NCBI GenBank assembly: GCA_002067095.1
Contig: MVQD01000038.1
Location: 25,959-89,958 of the forward strand
Direction: 5' to 3'
Source: Methanoregulaceae archaeon PtaB.Bin056
GTDB taxonomy: Archaea; Halobacteriota; Methanomicrobia; Methanomicrobiales; Methanospirillaceae
DNA: 64,000 nucleotides
Part shown: piece by piece, positions 9,842 to 18,762 of the stretch
How positions within the stretch are numbered: position 1 is the first letter of the stretch
How the letters are laid out: the number at the start of each line of letters is the position of its first letter
Made by a program: the position numbers and the translations under genes
The notes under the pieces: generated by a model
The model's input: the letters and a program-made list of their open reading frames with translations, nothing else
Databases searched by the model: none
What the model was told of the DNA's origin: nothing

Positions 9842-10228
9842 GGCCGTGTCATCCGTATGGGATTCGGATTGTCCCTGACAGATTGAGTGAATGGGATGAT
9901 AAAGGGATGGTTCAGTATACGAGACCTCCCGAGTCCTCTTTTGTTGTGAAGCGCGCAGCCAGATAACACAGATCGGTCCCCTTACAGGATCAAATCTGGA
10001 AACACCCTGAAATCATCTTTCAATTCACATTTTGAATTAAATTCAGGAAGCCCAGAGGAGGGTACGTTCCGGAAATACTTATACATTTTAAAATACCACA
10101 GGGTAAACCGCAAAATTGATCGTACTCGAAGAAAAATTCATAATTGAGAATACGAGCACTCCTTCGTGATGGTGGGACGAAAGGATCCTAAAAAGGTCCA
10201 TCCTGGAACAGGTTCAGACCGATTGCAT

Positions 10229-11632
10229 TTACCTGGCTCTCCACTCCTTTATGACCCTGCTCTTTTGAATCACTTCCTGTAGGGGGCGGACCATGTAGGA
10301 GACCATGTCCTTCTCGACCTTCCTCCTGACACCAGGGACGCACAGGAAAAGAGAGAATGCCCGGGCCCCGATCCGCTGCAGGTAGTTTTTCGTAGGGAAA
10401 TCATAGCAGCCATGAGACCGGTAGTAACGGTCATCTGCCTGAAATATTGCCCGCATGTGTGCGTATATCTCGTCCCGGAAGAGCTTCCTGCCTGCGATGG
10501 CTGAAAAGATGACCGGCGCAAAATAGCCCTGACCTGCGAACCTGACCGAGCGTTCAGCAAGTGCGGCGAGGGCTGCGTCGGTTTCGCCCGGGTTTTTCGG
10601 CTCGCTGGTCACTATCCCGACAAGGTTCGCCCCGCTGTTCACAGCCCTGGCTGTAAGCACTTCTCTTAAGTTCGGAAGGTGGGCGAGCGGTCCTTCCACC
10701 AGGTAGCCGACCTGCTTTCCCCTGAGTGCAGGAACATGCCCGTTGAAGAAACTCCGGTCATTCCACTGCTTCCACGTCGCTGATAAGTACCGGTCCTGAA
10801 TCGTCCCAGCCATGATCAGGATATCGGCCGGAACGACGTATCTCTCCCAGAAATCGCGGAACCCGTCCTGGTATATGCACGTATTGTCAAACGCACACCG
10901 GCAGCAGCCAAGGCAGCCCCCCTTCATTGTAGAATCCCTTATATCGGCGACCGTGGCTCTCCCGTCGAATAGAGAGACCATCCGCCGGACCATCGCCTCC
11001 TGGTCGGAGCCTGGTGTTGCATCATGGAGGATCACCACCTGATTCCCATGGGTATCAATGACCGTGGATTGAGCGGAGGGATTATAATTATAGGTAGGAG
11101 AGACCTTCGGCAGCGGAGGGAACTCGCGCGGGATGGACCTTTTTTCTGAAATCGCAGCAATAAAGTCGGAAAAGAAGAGCAACAGCCGCTTCTGTTCGTC
11201 CTCAGATTTCAGGTCTTCCATGTGAGCCGAGTAGGATCCGGCATGGTGCATGCCGAGGTCCTCGGAGATCCCATGCAGGTAGGAATGGGCGGTGTGATCG
11301 AAGTAATGGATAGAGGTGGTGAGTGCCGCAGAATATTTCTGCGAAAATGCGTGGGTGCCATCCCGTTCAAATGCCATTTCGATGAACCGTTTCAGCTGGC
11401 CCGGAACGAGCATGAAATAGACCGGTGTTGCAAAGAGCACGCCGTCTGAATCCTGGACTTTGCCGAGCGCGTCGTCCCACGCCTCCCGGTGCTGCTCCAT
11501 CTTTTTGATGTCCCGTCCCGCATGCACGACCGGGAAGGTGTGCTCTGGAAACGCCTGCTCAATGAACCGGACATACTGAAGGGTGATGCTCTCCTCGCCC
11601 TTGGGGCTCCCTGAGACAATGCAGATCTTCAT
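10229..11632 (-). CDS. two-domain flavodoxin-fold NAD(P)H-dependent FMN reductase / iron-sulfur flavoprotein-like protein
   Basis: 467-aa ORF. The N-terminus MKICIVSGSPKGEES...LFATPVYF matches the FMN-reductase fold. The second half repeats the fold and carries the compact Cys motif GGCLGCCRCAFDNTC. Confidence 0.7.
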   Translation of the reverse strand: MKICIVSGSPKGEESITLQYVRFIEQAFPEHTFPVVHAGRDIKKMEQHREAWDDALGKVQDSDGVLFATPVYFMLVPGQLKRFIEMAFERDGTHAFSQKYSAALTTSIHYFDHTAHSYLHGISEDLGMHHAGSYSAHMEDLKSEDEQKRLLLFFSDFIAAISEKRSIPREFPPLPKVSPTYNYNPSAQSTVIDTHGNQVVILHDATPGSDQEAMVRRMVSLFDGRATVADIRDSTMKGGCLGCCRCAFDNTCIYQDGFRDFWERYVVPADILIMAGTIQDRYLSATWKQWNDRSFFNGHVPALRGKQVGYLVEGPLAHLPNLREVLTARAVNSGANLVGIVTSEPKNPGETDAALAALAERSVRFAGQGYFAPVIFSAIAGRKLFRDEIYAHMRAIFQADDRYYRSHGCYDFPTKNYLQRIGARAFSLFLCVPGVRRKVEKDMVSYMVRPLQEVIQKSRVIKEWRAR

Positions 11633-11656
11633 GGTAGTCTTCCCCCGGAACCAATC

Positions 11657-11899
11657 CTAGTCCTCGGGAGCCTCCTCCGGGTTGCTGTCGAAGATCTTCA
11701 GCATCTTCATCGCCATCGCATGAAGCGCGTCAGCCTTGACGATGGCAATACCCCTCTTCTCGTCTTCCAGCAAAAGGAGCGTATCGCCGGGTTGTATGGA
11801 GAAGACCTCGCGGGCTTTCTTCGGGATGACGATCTGCCCTCTCTCGCCTACCTTTAGGGTGCCGAAGATATGTTTCCCTTCGTGGCCTCCTTCACACAT
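11657..11899 (-). CDS. AbrB/MazE/SpoVT-type DNA-binding protein
   Basis: 80-aa ORF. GTLKVGERGQIVIPKKAREVFSIQPGDTLLLLED is the swapped-hairpin barrel signature. It lies 24 nt upstream of the flavoprotein gene. Confidence 0.8.
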   Translation of the reverse strand: MCEGGHEGKHIFGTLKVGERGQIVIPKKAREVFSIQPGDTLLLLEDEKRGIAIVKADALHAMAMKMLKIFDSNPEEAPED

Positions 11900-11921
11900 G
11901 ATTTATCATTCCCTTCATACT

Positions 11922-11947
11922 ATTCACACAATCATATTTGTGTGAAT
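11922..11947. promoter_or_regulatory. perfect 10-bp inverted repeat (ATTCACACAA-N6-TTGTGTGAAT) over the AbrB-like promoter
   Basis: Read directly from the sequence. It lies 23-48 nt upstream of the ATG at 11899, and a third TTCACACA half-site sits at 11891-11898. Confidence 0.55.
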
Positions 11948-12058
11948 TTTAAGATAATGTGTTGTTGAAAAAAGGGTCAGAAGGAGAGCCAGCAGTATAG
12001 TCCTGCAAAGGAATCACCTTCATTAAATTCAAGATCCTTTATATCAATTATTTCATGT

Positions 12059-12703
12059 ATGGCTGATGCGGAGAGATTCTGGGCTCATGCGGCCAGCGTC
12101 TACGATGATGGAATAGACTACGTTTTTGGGAATTCCATGCGGCAGATCCTCCTTGATGCCCTGAAACGGGAGTCAAACCTTGGCAGGACCGTAGAGTTCG
12201 GTTGCGGAACCGGATTTTATACCCCGCTGCTTGCTGAGGTCTCCGGGAGTGTGGTCGCGACCGACATCGCCGAAGAGATGCTCGATCGGACCCAGAAGAG
12301 GATCCTCGGCTTTCCCACGGTGAGAGTTCAGAAAGAAAACTGTGAAAAGACAACCTTTCCCCCCTCGTCCTTTGATACTGCTTTTTTTGGTCTTACCTTC
12401 CACATGGTTGATGGCCCGGCGACCCTTGACGAGATGTACCGTATCCTCACCCCCGGCGGAAGGCTTCTTATCCTCACACCTGTCATCGACGGCCTCCGCA
12501 TATCAGATATCCTGCGCACTATCCTTCGCAATAAAAGAGTGTTCGGGCGGTTCAGGCAGCCTGGAACCGTCCTGTATACGAAACAGTCGCTGTGCGACCT
12601 TGTAACGCGTGGGGTATTTTTGATTCAGACAGCAGAGCAGCTACAGGATCCGGCTCATCCCGGTGGATTTTCAGGGCTCTATCTCACCGCGGTGAAGGCA
12701 TAA
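12059..12703 (+). CDS. class I SAM-dependent methyltransferase
   Basis: Motif I VEFGCGTGFYT and post-I ATDIAEEM. 214 aa. Confidence 0.8.
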   Translation: MADAERFWAHAASVYDDGIDYVFGNSMRQILLDALKRESNLGRTVEFGCGTGFYTPLLAEVSGSVVATDIAEEMLDRTQKRILGFPTVRVQKENCEKTTFPPSSFDTAFFGLTFHMVDGPATLDEMYRILTPGGRLLILTPVIDGLRISDILRTILRNKRVFGRFRQPGTVLYTKQSLCDLVTRGVFLIQTAEQLQDPAHPGGFSGLYLTAVKA

Positions 12704-12867
12704 CATCTCCTGCTCTCATTTCCCGGCGACCAATCAACCCTCCAAGGATTTCTTTTCCAGAAACGGAGAGTTGGGGGTTGCCAGCCAATGTTCTGCAAAA
12801 ATTGGATGTGAGAACCCGAAAAAGAACGAGAGGAGTATCGAGTCTTTTTTAAAAAGCAATGGGTATT

Positions 12868-13302
12868 TTAATCCCTCCGGAGAGAATCAATTGCGACATT
12901 GAAAGGTTTGGCATTATCCACATACACCAGATCGATCTCGTCATGGCCGATAAATGTGCCATAGCTGTATCCCCCCTCCTGTTCGGCGATGGTAAGGGTC
13001 TTCCCGTCAGGGCTAATCACCCCTGCAAAACTCGTTGGCTTCCAGGTCAATTCCGTGTATACGAATTTTCCCGTGAATATCCGGTCTTTCTGTCCTGTGA
13101 CCATCATCGTTATTTGCGTGCCGGAATAGTCAGTAAATCCCTGGCCATCCACATAACCAGTCATTTTACCGGACCAGTTGCCAAGAAGGTGTGGAATCTT
13201 TGGGGCTGTCGGGGCATTTTCTCCAGTGGGAGGTGCGGTTGTGCATCCACAGATGAGTATCGCCAGCATCACAAGAATAGCTGCAGAGAGAATTGCTTTC
13301 AT
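12868..13302 (-). CDS. small secreted lipoprotein, unknown function
   Basis: MKAILSAAILVMLAILICGC is a signal peptide ending in Cys. I prefer the start at 13302 to the track start at 13338. Confidence 0.6.
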   Translation of the reverse strand: MKAILSAAILVMLAILICGCTTAPPTGENAPTAPKIPHLLGNWSGKMTGYVDGQGFTDYSGTQITMMVTGQKDRIFTGKFVYTELTWKPTSFAGVISPDGKTLTIAEQEGGYSYGTFIGHDEIDLVYVDNAKPFNVAIDSLRRD

Positions 13303-13527
13303 GATACGTCGATCCCGATGTGAAAAGAGATAAATCATATGATTATTCTATGGAGAGATGTCTGCTCATCATTCTCCTGACCCTCCCACACACAGTGGAG
13401 AACAGGATCACCCATGAGAATGTATTGCAGGGAATCTCTTCGGATTGATATCCATTATTTATATCCACGAATCTCCTGACAGGAAAAAAAGAGAGATTCA
13501 GTTATTCCGGCACTGCGGTCCGGTCCT

Positions 13528-13830
13528 TTATACCCATGCACCGCCGGGTTTGAACCGTGCGCTCCCCCAGTTGTAGTCCCATTTCCCATCAATTGATGTC
13601 ATTGACATCTGTGGTATTGGTGGGGGCGTCAGGTTCATTCCCTGGACCTGCACCTGGAACTGGTGGAATGTTGACGAGTCTTTCACGTCAAAGCCGGACA
13701 GATAGGTTCTCGGCGCAGAGATCTGCGGCATGGTGCTCTTTGCCGGGAAATTGAATAGAGCTGCAGCAGGAGCCACGAGAAACGCGACTGCCAGCAGGAG
13801 GGCGGCAACGAAGTAGGTATTCTTTCTCAT
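13528..13830 (-). CDS. small secreted protein, unknown function
   Basis: MRKNTYFVAALLLAVAFLVAPAAA is a signal peptide. The ATG at 13830 is chosen over 13884. Confidence 0.5.
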   Translation of the reverse strand: MRKNTYFVAALLLAVAFLVAPAAALFNFPAKSTMPQISAPRTYLSGFDVKDSSTFHQFQVQVQGMNLTPPPIPQMSMTSIDGKWDYNWGSARFKPGGAWV

Positions 13831-14106
13831 GAGAGAAAGAAATGGCATACTGATCATATAAATTTTGAGATTGGCGACCATCAATCATGTAAAAATGGCC
13901 TTCTGGACAGGATCGTATCTATACTAGGATAATACTGCAGGGAGTATGAAGTGAATTGGTTTTGGAATGTGTATTGATGTAAAATTGATTGTCAGGACAA
14001 TACAAAGTTCAGATTCATAGTCACAGGTCTCTTTTTTTCTTTGCATAAGATGACGAATGTAATGTTTTGCGCTCTCTAAAAGGAGGGGTTAGGGAATTGC
14101 ATCAGG

Positions 14107-14116
14107 TTTTTATATT
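14107..14116 (+). promoter_or_regulatory. TATA-like box (TTTTTATATT) for the repeat-protein gene
   Basis: It is centred about 26 nt upstream of the ATG at 14138. That spacing fits an archaeal TATA box driving a leaderless or near-leaderless mRNA. Confidence 0.45.
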
Positions 14117-14137
14117 GGTAAGAAATAAGGTTGCTCC

Positions 14138-14704
14138 ATGAAAAAGACGGGCTTTTCCTTTATCGTCCTAGTGCTTGTATTCGCACTCACTTCTGTATCA
14201 GTATCTGGCGATATTTCTGAATCGGGAATATTTTCGCCATTTGATGGGTATACCCCCTCAGCATATTTCGACACTCCCGGCTATCAACCCTCGACATTCT
14301 TCGAAGGGTTGGAGTACACCCCCTCGAACTATTTCGACACTCCCGGCTATCAACCCTCGACATTCTTCGAAGGGTTGGAGTACACCCCTTCTAACTATTT
14401 CGACACTCCCGGGTATCAGCCCTCAACATTCTTCGAAGGGTTGGAGTACACCCCCTCTAACTATTTCGACACTCCCGGCTATCAGCCCTCGACATTCTTC
14501 GAAGGGTTGGAGTACACCCCCTCGAACTATTTTGACACTCCCGGGTATCAGCCCTCGACATTCTTCGAAGGGTTGGAGTACACCCCCTCGAACTATTTCG
14601 ACACTCCCGGGTATCAGCCCTCGACATTCTTCGAGGGGTTGGAGTACACCCCCTCGAACTCCTTTGAGCTGCCGGATTACACACCCTCATCATATTATTT
14701 CTAA
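14138..14704 (+). CDS. secreted tandem-repeat protein (22-aa unit YTPSNYFDTPGYQPSTFFEGLE x6)
   Basis: 188-aa ORF. The signal peptide MKKTGFSFIVLVLVFALTSVSVSG is followed by in-frame 66-bp repeats running to the stop codon. Confidence 0.75.
   Translation: MKKTGFSFIVLVLVFALTSVSVSGDISESGIFSPFDGYTPSAYFDTPGYQPSTFFEGLEYTPSNYFDTPGYQPSTFFEGLEYTPSNYFDTPGYQPSTFFEGLEYTPSNYFDTPGYQPSTFFEGLEYTPSNYFDTPGYQPSTFFEGLEYTPSNYFDTPGYQPSTFFEGLEYTPSNSFELPDYTPSSYYF
14249..14701 (+). repeat. 66-bp direct tandem repeat, 6 full units (14249-14644) plus a degenerate 7th
   Basis: Unit boundaries are at 14249, 14315, 14381, 14447, 14513, 14579 and 14645. I aligned the units by eye. They differ at only a few third-codon positions. 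Confidence 0.95.
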
Positions 14705-14710
14705 TTTTTT
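14705..14710 (+). terminator. oligo-T tract immediately after the stop codon
   Basis: TAA followed by TTTTTT. Archaeal intrinsic termination typically uses T-runs. Confidence 0.35.
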
Positions 14711-15630
14711 ACTGGTTTTATAACCTGATTCGCGCAGAAATGCAAGGTTCGAGAATTATCCACAATGGGACCTTATGGAATAAAGGCCACTAATTTGACC
14801 ACTATCTATGGATTTCTCACACACAATTGTCTCTAGTTTACTTTCATCAGCGCTGTAATGGGATTGATGGATAACCTGATTGAAGGGAAATTCTCTCTGC
14901 GAGAGCGGGGACAACCACTCAAGGCAGGGATGTTCCTCGCGTTCCAAAACAATGAATGTCACATTCCGCAAGTAGGGTTGGGCGCACTCTCAGGGCTCCT
15001 CCTGATTCGGACAAGGGAATGCACCAGATTCATTTCAAAACCGTTTCGTGACGCGGTATAAAATGGAGGGGAAGGAGGGTATACGGTAAAATTCAATAAT
15101 CCTTTTTTTTCTGGCGATATTGTCCATCATATTCTTTTTATTTCGAAAATATTATTGTCGAGGCATCTGGCACCCTGATTGCGGGTGTAGGGGGTCCTTT
15201 ACGGTGGTGGTCCCGGTCATTTTTTTCAATACCTTTCTTGAAGTGACCTGTATATCTCTCGTGCCGGAATCCTGGCGTCTTTTGTGATTTCCCTGATGGT
15301 TTTCTCCTATGCAATCCGAAGCATTTCGTCCATTATCAGATCGATAGCCGCGGAACGATGCGATCAGATTAGGATCCAAGACGTATAGTTCGGATTATTT
15401 TTTCCATTGGAGCAATCCCGGTCACTATTCTTCCGCCGATTATAATGGTGCTCTGGATCTCACCTGTTATATCCATTGCCCTTCCGTTCGTCGGTTACGA
15501 CCCGTTCACTTCCTTCTTGCTTCTTAGTTTCGGACACCTCATCCACATTCTGCCCTATAAACCCCATCCGGCCGGGGTATTGCCCTGGCAGTGAGGAGAA
15601 GGGCGAATCCGGGGTCGCAATATCCCTGTA

Positions 15631-16389
15631 TCACTCGTTAAAATGTGCATAGAGCCGGTGGGCGATGAACTGGAATATCACGAAGAAGCAGACGAGCATT
15701 ACCACATCAAGGAAGGGGTCAAATGATGCCGGATTCCCGTAAGCGCACTGGATGAGGTCATTGCCGTAGGTAAGCGGGGAGAAGTACGCGATTGCCACAC
15801 CGACAGGTGGCATGGCGTCGAGGGGGATGAACGTCCCAGAAACAAAGATGAGCGGGAGGCGGACGAGGTTCAGCATCGACATAATGTCCCCGGGGCTCTC
15901 GGTCGGATAGGCGGCAAACAGTGTCCCCATGGTGGAGAAGCAGAGCGCGGAGAGGAGCATTCCTGCCATGAGCACAAGGGGCGAGGTTATGGTGTTCCCG
16001 AACGCGATAATCCCGACAATGAGTGGGAGAAGCGCGATCCCGATGCTGTACAGGAACCCTGAGAGGCTCTCTCCGACGACGATGGCATGAAGAGAGACCG
16101 GTGCCGAGAGGAGACGCTCAAAGGTCTTTGTCCTCCGCTCGATCGGGATTGAGACCGGCTCGATTGAGGATGAGGAGAAGAGGATGGTGACCGAGATAAG
16201 GCCTGGAATAAGGGCGCCGAGCGGGACGTTCTTTCCGGCCGCAAACGCGAGAAACATGAAGAGTGGAAAGAGGAGCCCGGCGATGATGATGTTTGGCTTC
16301 AGGTAGTAAATGATCATGTCCTTCTTTGCAATCGCCCAGGCAGCAACCGCCTCTGCAGCAAGCTGGTTTCGGTCAAAGCCTTCAATCAC
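15631..16389 (-). CDS. ABC-2 type transporter permease
   Basis: 252-aa ORF with 6 hydrophobic segments. It overlaps the ATPase gene by 4 nt. Confidence 0.8.
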   Translation of the reverse strand: MIEGFDRNQLAAEAVAAWAIAKKDMIIYYLKPNIIIAGLLFPLFMFLAFAAGKNVPLGALIPGLISVTILFSSSSIEPVSIPIERRTKTFERLLSAPVSLHAIVVGESLSGFLYSIGIALLPLIVGIIAFGNTITSPLVLMAGMLLSALCFSTMGTLFAAYPTESPGDIMSMLNLVRLPLIFVSGTFIPLDAMPPVGVAIAYFSPLTYGNDLIQCAYGNPASFDPFLDVVMLVCFFVIFQFIAHRLYAHFNE

Positions 16390-17339
16390 GGCTCTTCCCT
16401 CCCGTCTTTTGGGCGCCGGAGCCCCGTCAGTCGTATAAAAACGTCCTCAAGGGTGGGTCCGAATGTCGTCGCGCTCACCACCCGGTCCTGGTGCGAATCC
16501 GCATACGAGACGATCTCCCGGAGAAGCCCACCCGGATCTTCCGTGTAAAGTCGTACCTTGTCCCCGACCTTCCTCGCCTCGCTCACCATAGGGAGACCTG
16601 AAAGAGCGGAGAGCGCCTGGGCGCCCCCATGCTCAAATGCAACTTCGACCGACTGGACGCTCTGGATAGTCTTTTTCAATCGCTCGGGAGAATCGATCGC
16701 CGCGATCCTGCCCCGGTTTATGATTGCGACCCGGTCGCAGGTCTGGTTCGCCTCCTCGATATTGTGGGTGGTCAAAAAGACAGTAACCCCACGTTCCGTC
16801 AGGGAGCGGAGCACGTCGCGGATGATCAGGTTGCTCTGGACATCGAGGCCGGAAGTCGGTTCGTCGAGAAAAAGGAGCTTGGGGTCATTAATGAGGCCCA
16901 TTGCGAGGGTAAGGCGCCGTTTCATCCCTTTTGAGAACCCCTTGACTCTGCTCGCGCGGCGGTCCCAGAGGCCAAACACCTCAAGGAGTTCCTTTCCACG
17001 GCTCTCGCGGTCCTCTTTTCCCACATGATAGAGCTCCCCCGCAAACATCATGTTCTGCCATGCGGTGATGTCATCATAGATGTTCGAGGTCTCGTACACG
17101 ATCCCCATATTTCTCCTCGCCTGGATCGTGTCCCTGACAATGTCCGATCCAAAGATAGTGGCAGAACCTCCCGAAGGAGAGGTGATGCCTGTCAGGATCC
17201 GGATTGTTGTTGTCTTGCCTGCACCGTTTGGGCCGAGGTAGCCGAACACCTCCCCAGTCTCGACCGTAAAACTGACGTGGTCGAGTGCGAGGATCTCACC
17301 GAACCGCTTCTCGAGACCATTCACCACAATTGCATGCAT
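16386..17339 (-). CDS. ABC transporter ATP-binding protein (DrrA/ABC-2 type)
   Basis: Walker A GPNGAGKTT, signature FSKGMKRRL, Walker B LLFLDEPTSGLD. The start is taken at MHAIVVNGLEKRFG (ATG at 17339). Confidence 0.9.
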   Translation of the reverse strand: MHAIVVNGLEKRFGEILALDHVSFTVETGEVFGYLGPNGAGKTTTIRILTGITSPSGGSATIFGSDIVRDTIQARRNMGIVYETSNIYDDITAWQNMMFAGELYHVGKEDRESRGKELLEVFGLWDRRASRVKGFSKGMKRRLTLAMGLINDPKLLFLDEPTSGLDVQSNLIIRDVLRSLTERGVTVFLTTHNIEEANQTCDRVAIINRGRIAAIDSPERLKKTIQSVQSVEVAFEHGGAQALSALSGLPMVSEARKVGDKVRLYTEDPGGLLREIVSYADSHQDRVVSATTFGPTLEDVFIRLTGLRRPKDGREEP

Positions 17340-17529
17340 GGAATGGGCGCAACACCTGCCCTTCACCTTGTCAGGTATTGAAAGATAGAAAAGATAAGGG
17401 TTTAGAATGGTCACCGTGATAGGAAGGGGGGGTTCAACGTATCACGAGAGAAGAATGGGCTCGACAGATGAGGATAGATTGGAAGGTTCTTCTGGTTACT
17501 GGGAAAAACAGAAAGAAAAGGCGACTTAT

Positions 17530-18021
17530 CTATGCAGGTCGGTGAAAGACATACTGGAGGAGCAGGTAAGTGATTACGAACCACACCAGTGATAATCCCC
17601 AGATGGATGCAAGCGCCTGGAATGAACCACTGGAGCCGGGATCAAACGTCAGGATAGTGAGACTGATCCCAACCAGGACCGCGATGCAGAGCGCATACCA
17701 GAAATTGTCGTTCAGAAGGGAACCTGATGCGGCGGAATGAACCCGGTTGTCCCTGCCTATGGGGTCGAGAGGATTGCGCGATCTCAGCCTCAGCTCCTTC
17801 ACCTTTTCGTTGCACCGCCTCGCCTCATCGACCCTTCCCAGTTTCAGAAATGAGAGCCCGATATTGTTCCAGGCCTCGATAAAGTTGGGGTTCAGTTCCA
17901 CAGCCCTTGCGTAAAACCTGAGCGCGATGCCATAGAGCCCTTTCTTGAAGAACTTGTTGCCCGAACTCTTCCATACCACGGGGTCGTTTACTGCGTTACC
18001 CCGGTAATGACTGCCCGCCAT
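17530..18021 (-). CDS. TPR-repeat protein with C-terminal transmembrane helices
   Basis: YGIALRFYARAVELNPNFIEAWNNIGLSFLKLGRVDEA is a canonical TPR pair. Two hydrophobic helices lie at the C-terminus. Confidence 0.65.
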   Translation of the reverse strand: MAGSHYRGNAVNDPVVWKSSGNKFFKKGLYGIALRFYARAVELNPNFIEAWNNIGLSFLKLGRVDEARRCNEKVKELRLRSRNPLDPIGRDNRVHSAASGSLLNDNFWYALCIAVLVGISLTILTFDPGSSGSFQALASIWGLSLVWFVITYLLLQYVFHRPA

Positions 18022-18240
18022 GATGCCAAATATTGCATATACAATTAAGGGAGATAAACATGTCCCTCGTTTGGGGGATAGCCCCTGGTGGGGAAAAGGC
18101 CGGATAAGGTCTGGAAGCGACCCGCTTTTATCCTATTCTGCATTCTCCAAGCGAGAAACGCTCGCGGTCAAAAAGAAATAATTCTTGGATGGAGAGGTGG
18201 GAGCCTTCAAAAGACACGGTGGAACAAACCAGAAGACTAC

Positions 18241-18678
18241 TTATGGTTTCCTTCGTGCATATTCCTGTTCTGCCAGGGATTTAATGGCTGCGTTCGCCTC
18301 TTCGAACTTTCCCTTTGTCTGATTAATGGTGCGGGAGAGAAATGGAACAAGGATCCCGGAGAATTTTTCTTGCTGGATAAGCAGAGAACACTCCCTGGTT
18401 TCCTCGATTATCTCAAAACTATGTTCCCCATCAAAGAGTCCCGGAATCCAGAGGTATCCCATCCAACGTAAATGCCGTGATGGATCAGAGGCAATGAGGG
18501 TCACGGTCAGAGCCATTTTCCTCCCTTCATTACTCATCAAGACCCTGAAAGGGAGTCCAATCCTCATTTCGTGAACAGCATCCCCAATCTCCGGAGGAAT
18601 GGCATTGGACGAGAGGAGGGCTTTCCATACAACATCAAAAGGTGCGTGTATCCTGATCTCGGAACGAATGGTTGGCAT
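18241..18678 (-). CDS. SRPBCC (START/Bet v1-like) domain protein
   Basis: 145-aa ORF. MPTIRSEIRIHAPFDVVWKALLS is the typical N-terminal strand-helix of the polyketide cyclase/AHSA1-like fold. Confidence 0.6.
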   Translation of the reverse strand: MPTIRSEIRIHAPFDVVWKALLSSNAIPPEIGDAVHEMRIGLPFRVLMSNEGRKMALTVTLIASDPSRHLRWMGYLWIPGLFDGEHSFEIIEETRECSLLIQQEKFSGILVPFLSRTINQTKGKFEEANAAIKSLAEQEYARRKP

Positions 18679-18762
18679 GGACAGGTTTCAGGATCAGGAA
18701 TCTGACTGCAAGAGCTAAAAAAGGGTTGCCTTGTCAGTTCTGTCTGCAAGCCTGAAGAAAAA

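Noticed and set aside
14249-14701. CRISPR array?
   Set aside because: The units are contiguous 66-bp repeats with no spacers, no palindromic repeat core and no nearby cas genes. They are in-frame coding sequence.
14175-14723. 182-aa alternative-frame ORF through the tandem repeats (plus the minus-strand ORF 14457..14693)
   Set aside because: These are repeat-induced open frames. They lack a signal peptide and give Arg/Ser/Pro-rich products. Only the 14138 frame has a promoter-proximal ATG, a signal peptide and strictly synonymous inter-unit variation.
15380-15592. Small hydrophobic + strand ORF
   Set aside because: Only 48 aa follow the first ATG, and there is no upstream promoter or RBS signal that I can defend. 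It is mentioned under the ORF-poor region finding instead.
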